Counted from the first letter of the stretch, positions 9,814 to 20,077 are shown. The stretch is DNA of 64,000 nt from an uncultured Gemmatimonadales bacterium (GCA_963850905.1 CAWKMU010000004.1:640001-704000), one strand, 5' to 3'. The notes: generated by a model not told the origin, from the letters alone. Program-made: numbers and translations.

Positions 9814-11754
9814 TCAAGGCGCACCCGCGCCTTCCATCTGTCGGACCACCGCCTGCAGGGCGCTGACACGTTGCGCATCGCTCGCGGTGCTCGCGTCGTT
9901 GCCCAGCTGCGTTGCCAGTCGCTTCAACTCGCTCACGCGCTGAGGGCCGCTCGCCTGCTCCGCCCGATCGAGGGCGCCGGAGATGGCCGACGTCTGGTCG
10001 GCACTCAAGCCATGGTCGCGCACCAACTGGTCGACGTAAGCGCGTGCGACGGGGAACGCGGCGGGCCAGACGATCTTGGGCTGCGTCTGGACATTGAGCT
10101 GGGCGAAGTGCACGAGGTTCGCCGCGTCGATCTCGTTCTGCGTGAGGTCAGCAGTCGGCGTCAGCTTGAAGATGTCGAACCCCCGCGCCTTGTCCGATCC
10201 GTACAGGTAGCCGTTGTAGTAGTACGCCGCCCAGTAGCCGCCCCGGACCAACTTCGTAGAATCGATCGGGCCACGGTCGAAGTAGGCAATCTCCTTGGGG
10301 TGCGCGGGATCGGTGAAGTCGAAGATCGAGATGCCACCCTGATACCACGCCTGTGCCATGATGTCGCGGCCCGGTACCGGGATCAGCGACCCGTTGTGCG
10401 CGACGCAGTTTTCCTGCGCGGTCTGGGCCGCCGGCAGCTTGAAGTAGCCCACATGTGTCAAGCTGCTCTGATGCAGCCTGAAGATCGCGTCCGCACCCCA
10501 GTCGATGGGGTCCGTCGGGAGGCACTTGGCCGCGCCACCGCCGCCCCACTCGTCGGTGAAGAGCAGCGTTGTCGCAGTGTTGTTGAACGTCGCCGAGTGC
10601 CAGAAGGCGAAGTTCGAGTCGGCCACCGCCTGCAACCTCACCGGATGCATCGGATCCTTGATGTTGAGCAGCAAGCCGTAGCCGGAGCACGCACCAGCAG
10701 CCAGTCCCATCGCCGGATAGGCGGTCATGTCATGGCACTGCGACGGGCCGCCGGGACTGGAGAATTGCGCTAGAAACGAAGGTGGCGTCACGCCCATCTG
10801 CCGCAGCGAATCGGTGAGCACTCGGACCATGGCGGCGTCGTCCAGGTCGAGAAGCAGCAGCGAAAACGTCCGGATGATGCGCGCGGAGTCCGCCGCGGAT
10901 GTGTTGGGCGGCATCTGAGGCATGGACTGGCGCGGCAGGTGCAGCAACGCCCCGCTGGCAGTGTCCCCCAGGGCCAGCCCGTGATGCGGCGGTGCTAGGA
11001 GGCCGTTGAAAAGACGGGCCGAGCTGACGATCCGGGCTTGCTCCGGATGCGCCAGCGGGACTCGAATGATCTCGATGCGGAACAGCGCGCTGTTCGGATC
11101 GCTGACATCACCCGTGCGGCATCCAGGCATCTCCGTGCTCGAGCGCACTGGTGCGAGGCCAGACACGTAGATGTAGACGACACCCTTGTCGACCGGGTCC
11201 GGCACCATCGTATTGGTATGCGAGCCTCGGCAGGTCTGCACATCGGCGACCTCCTTCGGTTGAGCCGGATTGGACACGTCGAAGATGCGAACCCCGATCA
11301 TGCGCTCCTTGCTGACACTGTCCTGCACACCCTGCGTCCCGCAGTCCAGACGGCTCCCCCTGTTCTCCGCAGAGACAAACAGCAGGTGGCCGGCAATGGA
11401 GACATCGCCCTGCTCGGTGAAGCAGGCGAGGGCGGTGACCAGCTTCGGATCTTGGGGATTCCCGATATCCCAGATTTGCAAGCCGCTGAAGTTCCCCTGA
11501 TACACGTAGTTGCCGCCGAACGCGAGATCCGAATTGGAGTACGTCTGCACGGGTTCATTGGGCTTCAAAACGTCAGCCCTGTTGCGGTGGGCGACCAGAT
11601 CGAGCCCTTTTGCGGCAACACCGGCGTCGTACAGCCCGGCCTTGAGGTGGTAGCGCACGTCCGTGGTGTCCTGGCCCTGGACCAGCACCGGGAAGGTCAG
11701 AGGGGCGGCGGCGAGGAGCAGGAACCAACGGGCGACGCGTCGCGTGACGGACAT
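9814..11754 (-). CDS. Secreted LVIVD-repeat (beta-propeller) protein
   Basis: Signal peptide; NSDLAF...YQGNF, QGDVS, QTCRGSHT, CHD, WHSATF, DEWGGG, ENCVAHNG, QAWYQGG, EIAYFDRGP; GAGGTG RBS before ATG 11754. Confidence 0.85.
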   Translation of the reverse strand: MSVTRRVARWFLLLAAAPLTFPVLVQGQDTTDVRYHLKAGLYDAGVAAKGLDLVAHRNRADVLKPNEPVQTYSNSDLAFGGNYVYQGNFSGLQIWDIGNPQDPKLVTALACFTEQGDVSIAGHLLFVSAENRGSRLDCGTQGVQDSVSKERMIGVRIFDVSNPAQPKEVADVQTCRGSHTNTMVPDPVDKGVVYIYVSGLAPVRSSTEMPGCRTGDVSDPNSALFRIEIIRVPLAHPEQARIVSSARLFNGLLAPPHHGLALGDTASGALLHLPRQSMPQMPPNTSAADSARIIRTFSLLLLDLDDAAMVRVLTDSLRQMGVTPPSFLAQFSSPGGPSQCHDMTAYPAMGLAAGACSGYGLLLNIKDPMHPVRLQAVADSNFAFWHSATFNNTATTLLFTDEWGGGGAAKCLPTDPIDWGADAIFRLHQSSLTHVGYFKLPAAQTAQENCVAHNGSLIPVPGRDIMAQAWYQGGISIFDFTDPAHPKEIAYFDRGPIDSTKLVRGGYWAAYYYNGYLYGSDKARGFDIFKLTPTADLTQNEIDAANLVHFAQLNVQTQPKIVWPAAFPVARAYVDQLVRDHGLSADQTSAISGALDRAEQASGPQRVSELKRLATQLGNDASTASDAQRVSALQAVVRQMEGAGAP

Positions 11755-11768
11755 GGCGTGACACCTCA

Positions 11769-12464
11769 TCAGGATTTACTCGCGGTGAGTGTGTTCAACA
11801 GCGCTTGCATGCGCGCGATCTCGGCGCGTTGACCCGCGTCGATATCGTTGGCGAACCCGGAGATGTCCGGTTGTTGGCCGCCGGCCGGGCTTGCGTAGAG
11901 ATGCGCAACCATCGTGAGGGCTCCCTCGTGATGTGGGATCATCCCACTCAGGTAGAGACGGTCGAATTCCGCACCGTGAGCGGCGTCGAGCTGTCGCATC
12001 TGTTCGGATGTCAGCATCCCAGACATAATCATCGGGTGTGGACCCATGTCCATGCCAGGCATGTTCAGTGGGCTCGTGTCGTGCACCGGACCGGCCTGCT
12101 TCGCGAGCATGCGGAGGGGATCGGGCACCGCGAGGTGGCGGTCCAGGAGCCAGTCCTGCATCAACCGGATCTCGTCCCGCTGTGACAGCGCGATGCGCTT
12201 GGCGAGGATGAGTAGCGTCTGGCTCGCGCCGTGGGTCGGCGCCCACTCGGACATGACGACCGCTTGCGCGTGATGAAAGATCATGTCCTGCATGAAGCTG
12301 GCGTCCGCCGCGGTGTAGTCGGGCCGAGCTGGCCCGGGCGCCTGGGCCAGGAGGCGCGGCGCAAGGAGGACGAGGCTAGCCAGGAGGATGCGTCCGGACG
12401 AAGGTGCTGGCCCGCGTCGGAACGCGAGGGCGCGCCGTTTACGCGCCGTCGTGAGAGGCCGCAT
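11769..12464 (-). CDS. DUF305 domain protein
   Basis: DASFMQDMIFHHAQAVVM...QRDEI...FDRLYLSGMIPHHEGALTM...QRAEIARM (paired HH motifs). Confidence 0.88.
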   Translation of the reverse strand: MRPLTTARKRRALAFRRGPAPSSGRILLASLVLLAPRLLAQAPGPARPDYTAADASFMQDMIFHHAQAVVMSEWAPTHGASQTLLILAKRIALSQRDEIRLMQDWLLDRHLAVPDPLRMLAKQAGPVHDTSPLNMPGMDMGPHPMIMSGMLTSEQMRQLDAAHGAEFDRLYLSGMIPHHEGALTMVAHLYASPAGGQQPDISGFANDIDAGQRAEIARMQALLNTLTASKS

Positions 12465-12589
12465 GGGGCCGCGTACTGCAACGACTGCGGGCGTTAAGAT
12501 GATCCGGGCTCCTGCTTGGAGGCGCTACGTTGTTGGAACGGCACCTGGGCGCGCCCCGTGTGAGGCTTGCAGGCTCGGAGGATAACACA

Positions 12590-13324
12590 ATGAGTGAGGA
12601 ACTTAAGGGAAGAACGGCCCTCGTCACCGGGGCAAGTCGCGGCATCGGCCGCGCGATCGCTCGTGCGATGGCAGGAGCGGGAGCCGATGTGGCCGTGAGC
12701 TACCGGAGCAACGACAGCGAGGCCGAAAAAGTGTGCGCGGAGGTCCGGGGGTACGGTCGGCGCTGCGTCGTCGTGCGCGCCGACGTTGCCGGGCCGAGCG
12801 ACGTGGGACGACTACTGGAGAGTGTACACGGAAGCCTGGGCCAAATCACGATCCTGGTGAACAATGCCGGCGTCGGCCAGGGACGCACGATTGAGAACAT
12901 CACGGAGCAGGACTGGGATCAGATGCTCGCGACCAATCTCAAAGGCGTCTTCCTGCTCACCCAGGCGGTGCTGCCGGACATGCGCGCCGCAGGGTGGGGC
13001 CGGATCATCAATCTGTCGTCCGCGGCCGCACAAATCGGCGGTGTGGTCGGGCCACACTACGCGGCCTCCAAAGCGGGCGTGCTCGGCCTCACGCACTACT
13101 ACGCCGCGCACCTGGCCAGAGAGGGAATTACCGTCAACGCCATCGCCCCGGGGCCCATCAGTACTGACATGGCCAGCGCGCTGCCGCAACTGACGCCTGA
13201 AAGCTTGCCCGTAGGGCGCTTCGGCACGGTCGAGGAGGTCGCTCAAGTGGCGTTGATGCTGGCGACCAACGGATTCATCACCGGGCAGACGATAAACGTG
13301 AACGGAGGCCGCTACCTCGCCTGA
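12590..13324 (+). CDS. SDR oxidoreductase (FabG-like)
   Basis: TGASRGIG, NNAG, YAASK, NAIAPG; GGAGG RBS before ATG 12590. Confidence 0.93.
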   Translation: MSEELKGRTALVTGASRGIGRAIARAMAGAGADVAVSYRSNDSEAEKVCAEVRGYGRRCVVVRADVAGPSDVGRLLESVHGSLGQITILVNNAGVGQGRTIENITEQDWDQMLATNLKGVFLLTQAVLPDMRAAGWGRIINLSSAAAQIGGVVGPHYAASKAGVLGLTHYYAAHLAREGITVNAIAPGPISTDMASALPQLTPESLPVGRFGTVEEVAQVALMLATNGFITGQTINVNGGRYLA

Positions 13325-14598
13325 GTCAGCTCTCCGGCATATTGATCCACGGACGCTCGAACCATGGCGTCGCCGCCCGGTCGGACTCCAAGCCAGAACA
13401 TGGCTCCCGCGAAGGCGACCGCTGCGCCTACGCCCATCGACCAGGTCCATCCAAAATGAGTACCGACCCATGGGGTGACGATTGGCGCGAGTACGCCGCC
13501 CAACTGGCCGCCGGTGTTGAGCAGTCCGGCCGCCGTGGTGCCGTGTGCTCCTCCAAGCTCCACCGCAGTCATCCAGGAGGCAGCCTCGGCCGCGACCGCG
13601 GCGGCAAGGGCCACGCTGAACCAAACAACAACCCACCGCGGATCCTTGGCGAGCACCCCGACGATGAGCAGCACAGCACCAGCGGATAGACCGAGCACGG
13701 GCACCAATGCCCGGCCCTTCCGCAGTCCCATACGTCGAACACACAGATCGGTTAGCCAACCTCCTGCCAGCACGCCCCCCGCCATCGCCAACGTCACAAT
13801 CGTCGAGTACAGCCGGCTAGTGTCCGTGCCAAGCTTCAGTACATCGCCGAAGTAGTACTGCATCCAGTAGAAAAACAAATACTCGAAGTAGTCGAGCGCC
13901 GCATAGGCGGCCGTGACCCGCAGGAGATTGCGGTTCTTGAGCAGCTGCATCCAGGACGCCTTACTGGCTGGCTTGTATGCGGGAGCTCTGGCGCGCCGAT
14001 TCGTGGGCGTGTCGCCGGCCAGGAGCCACCACAGGGCGGCGACACAGAGGGTGACAGCCCCGGACACAATGAAGGCCACAGGCCATCCTACATCGTCACT
14101 GAGCCGGCCGAAGATGATATAGGTCGATGCGATGCCCAGAAGCGCGGCGCCCAACGCGAACCCGTTGGCGAGTCCTTGAGACCGCTGTGGAATCCAGCTC
14201 GAGACCGCGCGGGCGCTGGAAGGGTGGAGCGGCCCGTTGCTCGCCCCGATGAGACTTCGCACCACCAAGAGGCCAACCCACAGTGGCCCAGCAGATGCCA
14301 CGGCGAGCCCCAGCGTGCCGGTAAGCGCGGTGAGTACGGCGCTAGCCGTTACCATGATCCCCAAGGTGATCCAGATCCCGAATCGATCCGCAAACATGCC
14401 TGCCGGCGTCTGCAACAGGGTGTACCCGACGAGGAAGGCGGAATACACAATACCCATGCGCTCAGCGCTGATCCCCAAATCGGGAATCAGGTGTTCGGTG
14501 CCCGCGACCGCTATGCTCACCCGATTGAAGTGGCCGAAGAAGCTAATGGCCATGAGGAGGGGTACGATGCGCCACGAACTGCGGGAGGTCTCGGTCAT
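13312..14598 (-). CDS. MFS transporter (anion:cation symporter-like)
   Basis: About 12 hydrophobic helices; FNRVSIAVA, QTPAGMFADRFG, GGWLTD, GLLNTGGQLGG. Confidence 0.85.
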   Translation of the reverse strand: MTETSRSSWRIVPLLMAISFFGHFNRVSIAVAGTEHLIPDLGISAERMGIVYSAFLVGYTLLQTPAGMFADRFGIWITLGIMVTASAVLTALTGTLGLAVASAGPLWVGLLVVRSLIGASNGPLHPSSARAVSSWIPQRSQGLANGFALGAALLGIASTYIIFGRLSDDVGWPVAFIVSGAVTLCVAALWWLLAGDTPTNRRARAPAYKPASKASWMQLLKNRNLLRVTAAYAALDYFEYLFFYWMQYYFGDVLKLGTDTSRLYSTIVTLAMAGGVLAGGWLTDLCVRRMGLRKGRALVPVLGLSAGAVLLIVGVLAKDPRWVVVWFSVALAAAVAAEAASWMTAVELGGAHGTTAAGLLNTGGQLGGVLAPIVTPWVGTHFGWTWSMGVGAAVAFAGAMFWLGVRPGGDAMVRASVDQYAGELTQAR

Positions 14599-14639
14599 CG
14601 GTCGGCGAGGAGGTGAAGGCGCCAATCATGTACGGCCGT

Positions 14640-14651
14640 CTGATATATCGG
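14640..14651. promoter_or_regulatory. Possible GntR-type operator between the divergent MFS gene and oxlT
   Basis: Near-palindrome CTGATATATCGG, AT-rich within GC-rich DNA. Confidence 0.3.
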
Positions 14652-14714
14652 AAGTGCGAATTGACCGCCAAAGGGACTGGCCTGTTCCCGCCCCCGCGCC
14701 GACATTTCCCGGCC

Positions 14715-16034
14715 ATGAGTGAGGCGGCGGCCCTTCCGTCTAGCGGCGCGGCCCGCACGTCGGCAGCCACGCGATGGTGCCAGCTCGCCCTCGGCGTCAT
14801 CTGCATGTCGATGATCGCCAACCTGCAGTACGGCTGGACGCTCTTCGTGAATCCCATCCACGACCGCCACGGGTGGGGACTCCCCTCGATCCAGTTCGCG
14901 TTCGCGGTGTTCGTCTTCTTCGAGACGTGGCTCGTCCCGCTCGAGGGGTACATCGTCGATCGGATCGGCCCCCAGTTCGTCGGCGTGATCGCCGGCGTGC
15001 TCGTCGCGATCGCCTGGGTGATCAACGGCGCGGCGAGTTCGCTCGCGATGCTCTATGTGGGCGCTGCGGTTGGCGGGGTGGGCGCGGGCGCCGTGTACGG
15101 CGCAACCGTCGGTAACGCGCTCAAGTGGTTCCCCGACCGGCGCGGGCTCGCCGCGGGACTCACGGCGATGGGGTTCGGCGCTGGCTCCGCGCTCACCGTG
15201 TTCCCGATCGCCAACATGATCAGGTCGCAGGGCTACGAGGCGACGTTTGTGAAGTTCGGCCTGGCCCAGGGCGCGGTCGTATTCGTGGTCAGCTGGTTCC
15301 TCCGCGCGCCCGATGCGTCCTTCGCCGCCGCCAGGTCGGCGCCGAAACGCCTCACGTCGTCCACCGCGCGCGAACACACGCCGATCGAGATGCTGCGCAC
15401 GCCGGCATTCTGGGTGATGTACGTCATGTTCGTGCTCACGGCGACGGGCGGACTGATTGCGACTGCACAGCTTGCGCCGATCGCGAAAGACTTCGGGATT
15501 GCCGACATCCCGGTGTCGCTCCTCGGCCTCACCGGCGCGGCGCTCCCGTTCGCGCTCTCGCTTAACCGCGTTTTGAACGGCGTGAGCCGTCCCGCGTTCG
15601 GCTGGGTGTCGGATCACGTCGGCCGTGAGAACACGATGTTCCTCGCCTTCGGGCTCGAGGGGATCGCGATCCTGCTCCTGGGCAGCTTCGGGCACGACCC
15701 ACTGGCATTCGTGCTGCTCACTAGCCTGTTGTTCTTCGCGTACGGCGAGATCTACTCGCTTTTCCCGGCGACCGTCGGCGACGAGTACGGCCGCAAGTTC
15801 GCCGCGGCGAACGCCGGGCTACTGTACACCGGCAAGGGGATGGCATCGATCCTCGTCTGGGTGAGCAGCGTGATCGGCGGCTCGACACGCGGGGGATGGC
15901 ATACGGTGTTCATCGTCGCGGCGGCGATGAGTCTGGTCGCGTCGGCGCTGGCGCTCGTGGTGCTCAAGCCGGCGCGGCGCGCCGCTGCGGCGGCGACAGC
16001 CAGATCGACGACGGCGCCCGCACCGGCGGATTGA
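14715..16034 (+). CDS. oxlT: Oxalate/formate antiporter family MFS transporter
   Basis: RWCQLALGVICMSMIANLQYGWTLFVNPI, GNALKWFPDRRGLAAG, NGVSRPAFG (Arg), GEIYSLFPA, LYTGKG (Lys). Confidence 0.9.
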   Translation: MSEAAALPSSGAARTSAATRWCQLALGVICMSMIANLQYGWTLFVNPIHDRHGWGLPSIQFAFAVFVFFETWLVPLEGYIVDRIGPQFVGVIAGVLVAIAWVINGAASSLAMLYVGAAVGGVGAGAVYGATVGNALKWFPDRRGLAAGLTAMGFGAGSALTVFPIANMIRSQGYEATFVKFGLAQGAVVFVVSWFLRAPDASFAAARSAPKRLTSSTAREHTPIEMLRTPAFWVMYVMFVLTATGGLIATAQLAPIAKDFGIADIPVSLLGLTGAALPFALSLNRVLNGVSRPAFGWVSDHVGRENTMFLAFGLEGIAILLLGSFGHDPLAFVLLTSLLFFAYGEIYSLFPATVGDEYGRKFAAANAGLLYTGKGMASILVWVSSVIGGSTRGGWHTVFIVAAAMSLVASALALVVLKPARRAAAAATARSTTAPAPAD

Positions 16035-16041
16035 TCGCACG

Positions 16042-17058
16042 GTGAAGATCGCCGTCGTCGGCGCGGGCTCCATCGGCGGGTTCGTGGGCGGCTGGCTCGC
16101 CGCCGCCGGCGAGGACGTCACGTTCATCGCCCGCGGCGCGAACCTCGCCGCGATCCGCGCAAGCGGCATGCGCGTGATCGGCGAGCACGGCAAGGAGACT
16201 GTCGCGAGAAACGCGCGCGCAGTCGAGTCTGCGGCCGACGCGGGCGCTCAGGATGTGGTGGTGCTCGCGGTGAAGGCGCATCAGGTGGGCGCCGTTGTCG
16301 GCACCGTCCAGCACCTCTGCGACGCGGACACGCCGATCATCACGATGCAGAACGGCGTGCCGTGGTGGTACTTCCAGCGATACGGCGGCCAGTACGAAGG
16401 CACGCCTATCCAGGCTGCGGACCCTGACGGCGCCATCGCCCACGCGATCGACCCCGCCCGCATCATCGGGAGCGTCGTCTATCCGGCAGCGGTGCTCGAG
16501 GCACCCGGTGTCGTACGCGTCCTCGAGGGACGACGCATCACCCTCGGCGAGCTCGACGGCTCGACGACGCCCCGCATCGAGCGCATCGCCGCGGCGTTCA
16601 CACGCGCAGGGTTCAAGGCGCCGATCACCGACGACATCCGCGGTGAGATCTGGCTCAAGATGTGGGGCAATCTCAGCTTCAACCCGATCAGCGCGCTCAC
16701 GCATGCGACGCTCGTCGATCTCCTCGAGTTCCCGCTCACGCGGGAGTTGTCCGCCGAGATGATGCGCGAGGCGGAGGCAATTGCGGCCAAGCTGGGCGTT
16801 ACGTTTCGGATCGGCATCGACAAGCGGCTCGCCGGCGCCGAGAGGGTCGGCGCGCACAAGACGTCGATGCTGCAGGACGTCGAAGCCGGCCGGCCGATGG
16901 AGATCGAGGCTTTGGTCGGCGCAGTCGTGGAGTTGGGACGTCTCACGAGCACGCCGACGCCGCACGTCGACGCCGTGTACGCCTGCGCACGCCTGCTCGC
17001 GCAAACGCTCGCTGTCACCGGCGGGTCGTTGACCGTTGCGCCAGCGAAGGCGCGCTGA
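16042..17058 (+). CDS. panE: 2-dehydropantoate 2-reductase family; probable oxalyl-CoA reductase (PanE2-like)
   Basis: GAGSIGG, QNGVPWWYF, IWLKMWGNLSFNPISALT, HKTSMLQD, E.EALVG; lies between oxlT and the CoA ligase. Confidence 0.85.
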   Translation: MKIAVVGAGSIGGFVGGWLAAAGEDVTFIARGANLAAIRASGMRVIGEHGKETVARNARAVESAADAGAQDVVVLAVKAHQVGAVVGTVQHLCDADTPIITMQNGVPWWYFQRYGGQYEGTPIQAADPDGAIAHAIDPARIIGSVVYPAAVLEAPGVVRVLEGRRITLGELDGSTTPRIERIAAAFTRAGFKAPITDDIRGEIWLKMWGNLSFNPISALTHATLVDLLEFPLTRELSAEMMREAEAIAAKLGVTFRIGIDKRLAGAERVGAHKTSMLQDVEAGRPMEIEALVGAVVELGRLTSTPTPHVDAVYACARLLAQTLAVTGGSLTVAPAKAR

Positions 17059-17080
17059 CTCTCTAAGGGGATCGCGCAGC

Positions 17081-18616
17081 ATGACCGACGCAGGACAGAC
17101 GATCGTCGAAGTTCTGGAAGCCGGCGCGGAGCATGCGCCCGCGCTGAGCGCACCGGGCGGGAAGCCGCTCACCTACGCCGCGCTCCGCGCGCACGTGAAG
17201 ACCATCGTGGCGGCGCTCGCGACGCAGGGAATCGGCCCAAACGATCGCGTCGCAATCGTGCTCGACAACGGCCCCGAAGCCGCGTCGGCGTTCCTGAGCA
17301 TCGGCACGGCCGCAACGGCGGCGCCCCTCAATCCAGCCTATCGCGCGGACGAGTTCGAGTTCTACCTCACCGACCTGCGCGCGAAGCTCCTCGTCATCGC
17401 GCAGGGCAAGGAGTCGGCGGCCGTCGAGGTCGCGACGCGCCTCGGCGTCCCCATCGCGCGGTTGGAGCCGAGACCGGAGCGCGGCGCGGGCAGTTTCGAC
17501 CTCGCGTTCGCGACCAGCGCATCGAGGGCACCACGCGCCACGTCGCCGAGCCGTGCGACGAGTGACGACATCGCGCTCGTGCTGCACACGTCGGGGACGA
17601 CGTCGCGACCCAAGATCGTTCCGCTCGCGCACAAGAACGTCTGCGCGTCGGCGGCGCACATCCGCTCCACGCTCGCGCTCACGGCGGACGACTGCGGCCT
17701 CGTAGTCATGCCGCTCTTCCACATCCACGGCCTCGTCGCCGCCCTCCTCGCGCCGCTCTCAGCGGGCGGCGAGGTGTCGTGCACGAGCGGGTTCAACGCG
17801 CTCAAGTTCTTCGCCTGGATGGGCGAGGTGCGGCCGACGTGGTACACCGGCGTACCGACGATGCACCAGGCGATGCTGCTGCGCGCGCCGCACAACGCCG
17901 ATGTCGTGCGGTCGCAGCGGCTTCGATTCATCCGCTCGTCGTCGTCGGCACTCCCGCCGACGGTGACCGCCGAGCTCGAGCGCGTGTTCGGCGTGCCGGT
18001 GATCGAAGCGTACGGGATGACCGAGGCAGCTCACCAAATGGCGAGCAATCCTTTGCCGCCCGGGAAGCGCAAGCCAGGGACAGTGGGGCGCGCCGCCGGC
18101 CCCGAAGTGCGCGTGGTCGACTCGCTCGGGAAATCGGTTCCCGCAGGCACGCCGGGCGAGATCGTGATCCGCGGCCCGAATGTAATGAAGGAGTACGAGA
18201 GCAATCCGAGGGCGAACGCCGAGGCATTCTACGACGGATGGTTTCGCACCGGCGATCAGGGGATGATGGATGCGGAGGACTACCTGAGCATCACCGGCCG
18301 ACTCAAGGAGATCATCAATCGCGGCGGCGAGAAGATTTCACCGCGCGAAGTCGACGAGATCATCATGCTCCACCCGGCCGTGCATCAGTGCGTGACATTC
18401 GCACTCCCGCACAAGATGCTCGGCGAAGACGTCGCGGCCGCAGTCGTGCTTCGGCAAGGCGTCTCGGCCGACGACAGGGAGCTGCGCGCCTTCGCGTCGA
18501 CGCGCCTCGCACCGTTCAAGGTGCCGTGCAAGATCGTCATTCTCCCCGAGATTCCGGTGGGCGCGACGGGGAAGTTGCAGCGCATCGGCCTCGCCAAGAA
18601 ACTGGGACTCGCATGA
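17081..18616 (+). CDS. Acyl-CoA synthetase, probable oxalate--CoA ligase
   Basis: LHTSGTTSRPK, PLFHIHGL, TWYTGVPTMHQ, EAYGMTEAAHQMASNPLPP, GRLKEIINRGGEKISPREVD, TGKLQR. Confidence 0.88.
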   Translation: MTDAGQTIVEVLEAGAEHAPALSAPGGKPLTYAALRAHVKTIVAALATQGIGPNDRVAIVLDNGPEAASAFLSIGTAATAAPLNPAYRADEFEFYLTDLRAKLLVIAQGKESAAVEVATRLGVPIARLEPRPERGAGSFDLAFATSASRAPRATSPSRATSDDIALVLHTSGTTSRPKIVPLAHKNVCASAAHIRSTLALTADDCGLVVMPLFHIHGLVAALLAPLSAGGEVSCTSGFNALKFFAWMGEVRPTWYTGVPTMHQAMLLRAPHNADVVRSQRLRFIRSSSSALPPTVTAELERVFGVPVIEAYGMTEAAHQMASNPLPPGKRKPGTVGRAAGPEVRVVDSLGKSVPAGTPGEIVIRGPNVMKEYESNPRANAEAFYDGWFRTGDQGMMDAEDYLSITGRLKEIINRGGEKISPREVDEIIMLHPAVHQCVTFALPHKMLGEDVAAAVVLRQGVSADDRELRAFASTRLAPFKVPCKIVILPEIPVGATGKLQRIGLAKKLGLA

Positions 18617-19911
18617 CGCAGCTAATCCGTTGGATTCAAACCGCAAGACCCTTCTCGGGATGGATGAAGGGCATGCCCGATGGGATCGACCAGGCTAATT
18701 CCGACGACATCGCGGCACTAAGCCTGAACGTTCTTGCGGAGGATATCGCCCTGCCGTGTGCGATTCTCAAGGAGAATGCACTGCGTGGGAATGAGGAGTG
18801 GATGCGTGAATTCTGCAGCCGGGCGGGCGTGCAGCTCTGCCCTCACGGGAAAACCACAATGAGCCCGGAGTTGTTCGCCCGTCAGCTCCTCAATGGCGCT
18901 TGGGGAATCACAGCCGCGACTCCCCACCAGGTGCGGATCCTGCGTTCATTTGGGATCGATCGAATCTTCTATGCCAACCAGTTGATGGGCGGACCCGCTG
19001 TCCGTTTCGTCGTCGGCGAACTGCAGTCTAATCCGCAGTTTGAGTTCTATTGCCTCGTAGATTCGGTAGCGAATGTGCAGGCTCTGGGCGCCGCAACGGA
19101 CGGTTGCAAGCGCCCCTTGCACGTATTGCTCGAGGTCGGGCAGCAGGGTGGTCGGACAGGAGTACGGTCACGGGACCAGGCAATGCAGGTTGCTGAGGCA
19201 GTGCAGCGGTGTCGGGGGCTCGCCCTGGCAGGTATCGAGACCTTTGAGTTCGTTGTTCCAGCACACGACGATGATGAGCGCGAACGCAATATCACCACGC
19301 TGTTTGAGGACATTGCGACCCTTGCCCATGAGCTGGATCGTGCCGGCTTGTTCCACGGTCCTCAGGTGATATTGTCGGCGGGCGGCTCGACGTACTTCGA
19401 TGTGGCTGCGAAGTCGCTCACTTCGATTCAGCTCAGTCTACCGACCTTGTCGTTGATCCGAGCTGGTTGTTATTTGACGCAGGACTCTGGCTGGATGCCC
19501 GGTTATGTCGACCGAATGCGTGAACGGTCGCCCCTAGTCGCGAGCATCCCGGGACGACCTGAGGATGCCCTGGAAGTATGGGGTTACGTGCAGTCGCGCC
19601 CCGAGCCCCAGCTGGCCCTGATCAATGTCGGAAAGCGGGACGTTTCGTACGACATCCGCCTGCCACAGCCGAAATTCTGGTTCCGGCCCCGAGTGCATTC
19701 GCGTCCACAGATAATCCCTGATGGAACCCAGATCGTTGCACTGAATGATCAGCATGGTTACTTGAGATTGCCCGACGACTCACCCCTGAGCGTTGGAGAT
19801 CTCATTGGGCTCGGCATATCCCATCCCTGTACCACAATGGACAAATGGAGGGCCGTGCTGATCGTCGATGGCGAGTACAGTGTCAAAGGTGCGATCTCCA
19901 CCTGGTTCTAA
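18613..19911 (+). CDS. Fold-type III PLP enzyme (D-serine dehydratase-like / amino acid deaminase)
   Basis: LCPHGKTTMSPELF (PLP Lys), GRTGVR, SAGGS, RAGCY, GKRDVSYD, LNDQHGY, HPCTTMDKW; ATGA overlap with the upstream stop. Confidence 0.85.
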   Translation: MTQLIRWIQTARPFSGWMKGMPDGIDQANSDDIAALSLNVLAEDIALPCAILKENALRGNEEWMREFCSRAGVQLCPHGKTTMSPELFARQLLNGAWGITAATPHQVRILRSFGIDRIFYANQLMGGPAVRFVVGELQSNPQFEFYCLVDSVANVQALGAATDGCKRPLHVLLEVGQQGGRTGVRSRDQAMQVAEAVQRCRGLALAGIETFEFVVPAHDDDERERNITTLFEDIATLAHELDRAGLFHGPQVILSAGGSTYFDVAAKSLTSIQLSLPTLSLIRAGCYLTQDSGWMPGYVDRMRERSPLVASIPGRPEDALEVWGYVQSRPEPQLALINVGKRDVSYDIRLPQPKFWFRPRVHSRPQIIPDGTQIVALNDQHGYLRLPDDSPLSVGDLIGLGISHPCTTMDKWRAVLIVDGEYSVKGAISTWF

Positions 19912-20036
19912 CTACGCTCGCGCAGCGGCGCGAAGAACCCGTGTTTCGCGCACCGTGATCGAGGCGTAGGGTGACCGAGGCAGCGCACCAGAGAGCAATC
20001 CTTTGCCTTTTCTATTCGGGGCTGCGTTGTTCGTTG

Positions 20037-20075
20037 TCGCTCCTCTCTATTGTGGCCCGCTGTGCGGGCCACAAT
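20037..20075. repeat. REP-like palindromic repeat, copy 1
   Basis: TCGCTCCTCTCT-ATTGTGGCCCGC-TGT-GCGGGCCACAAT; near-identical copy at 36375-36415. Confidence 0.8.
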
Positions 20076-20077
20076 CG

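Noticed and set aside
17779..18612. N-terminal 278 aa of the 710-aa ORF 17779-19911
   Set aside because: Off-frame overlap with the CoA ligase; the real gene starts at the coupled ATG 18613
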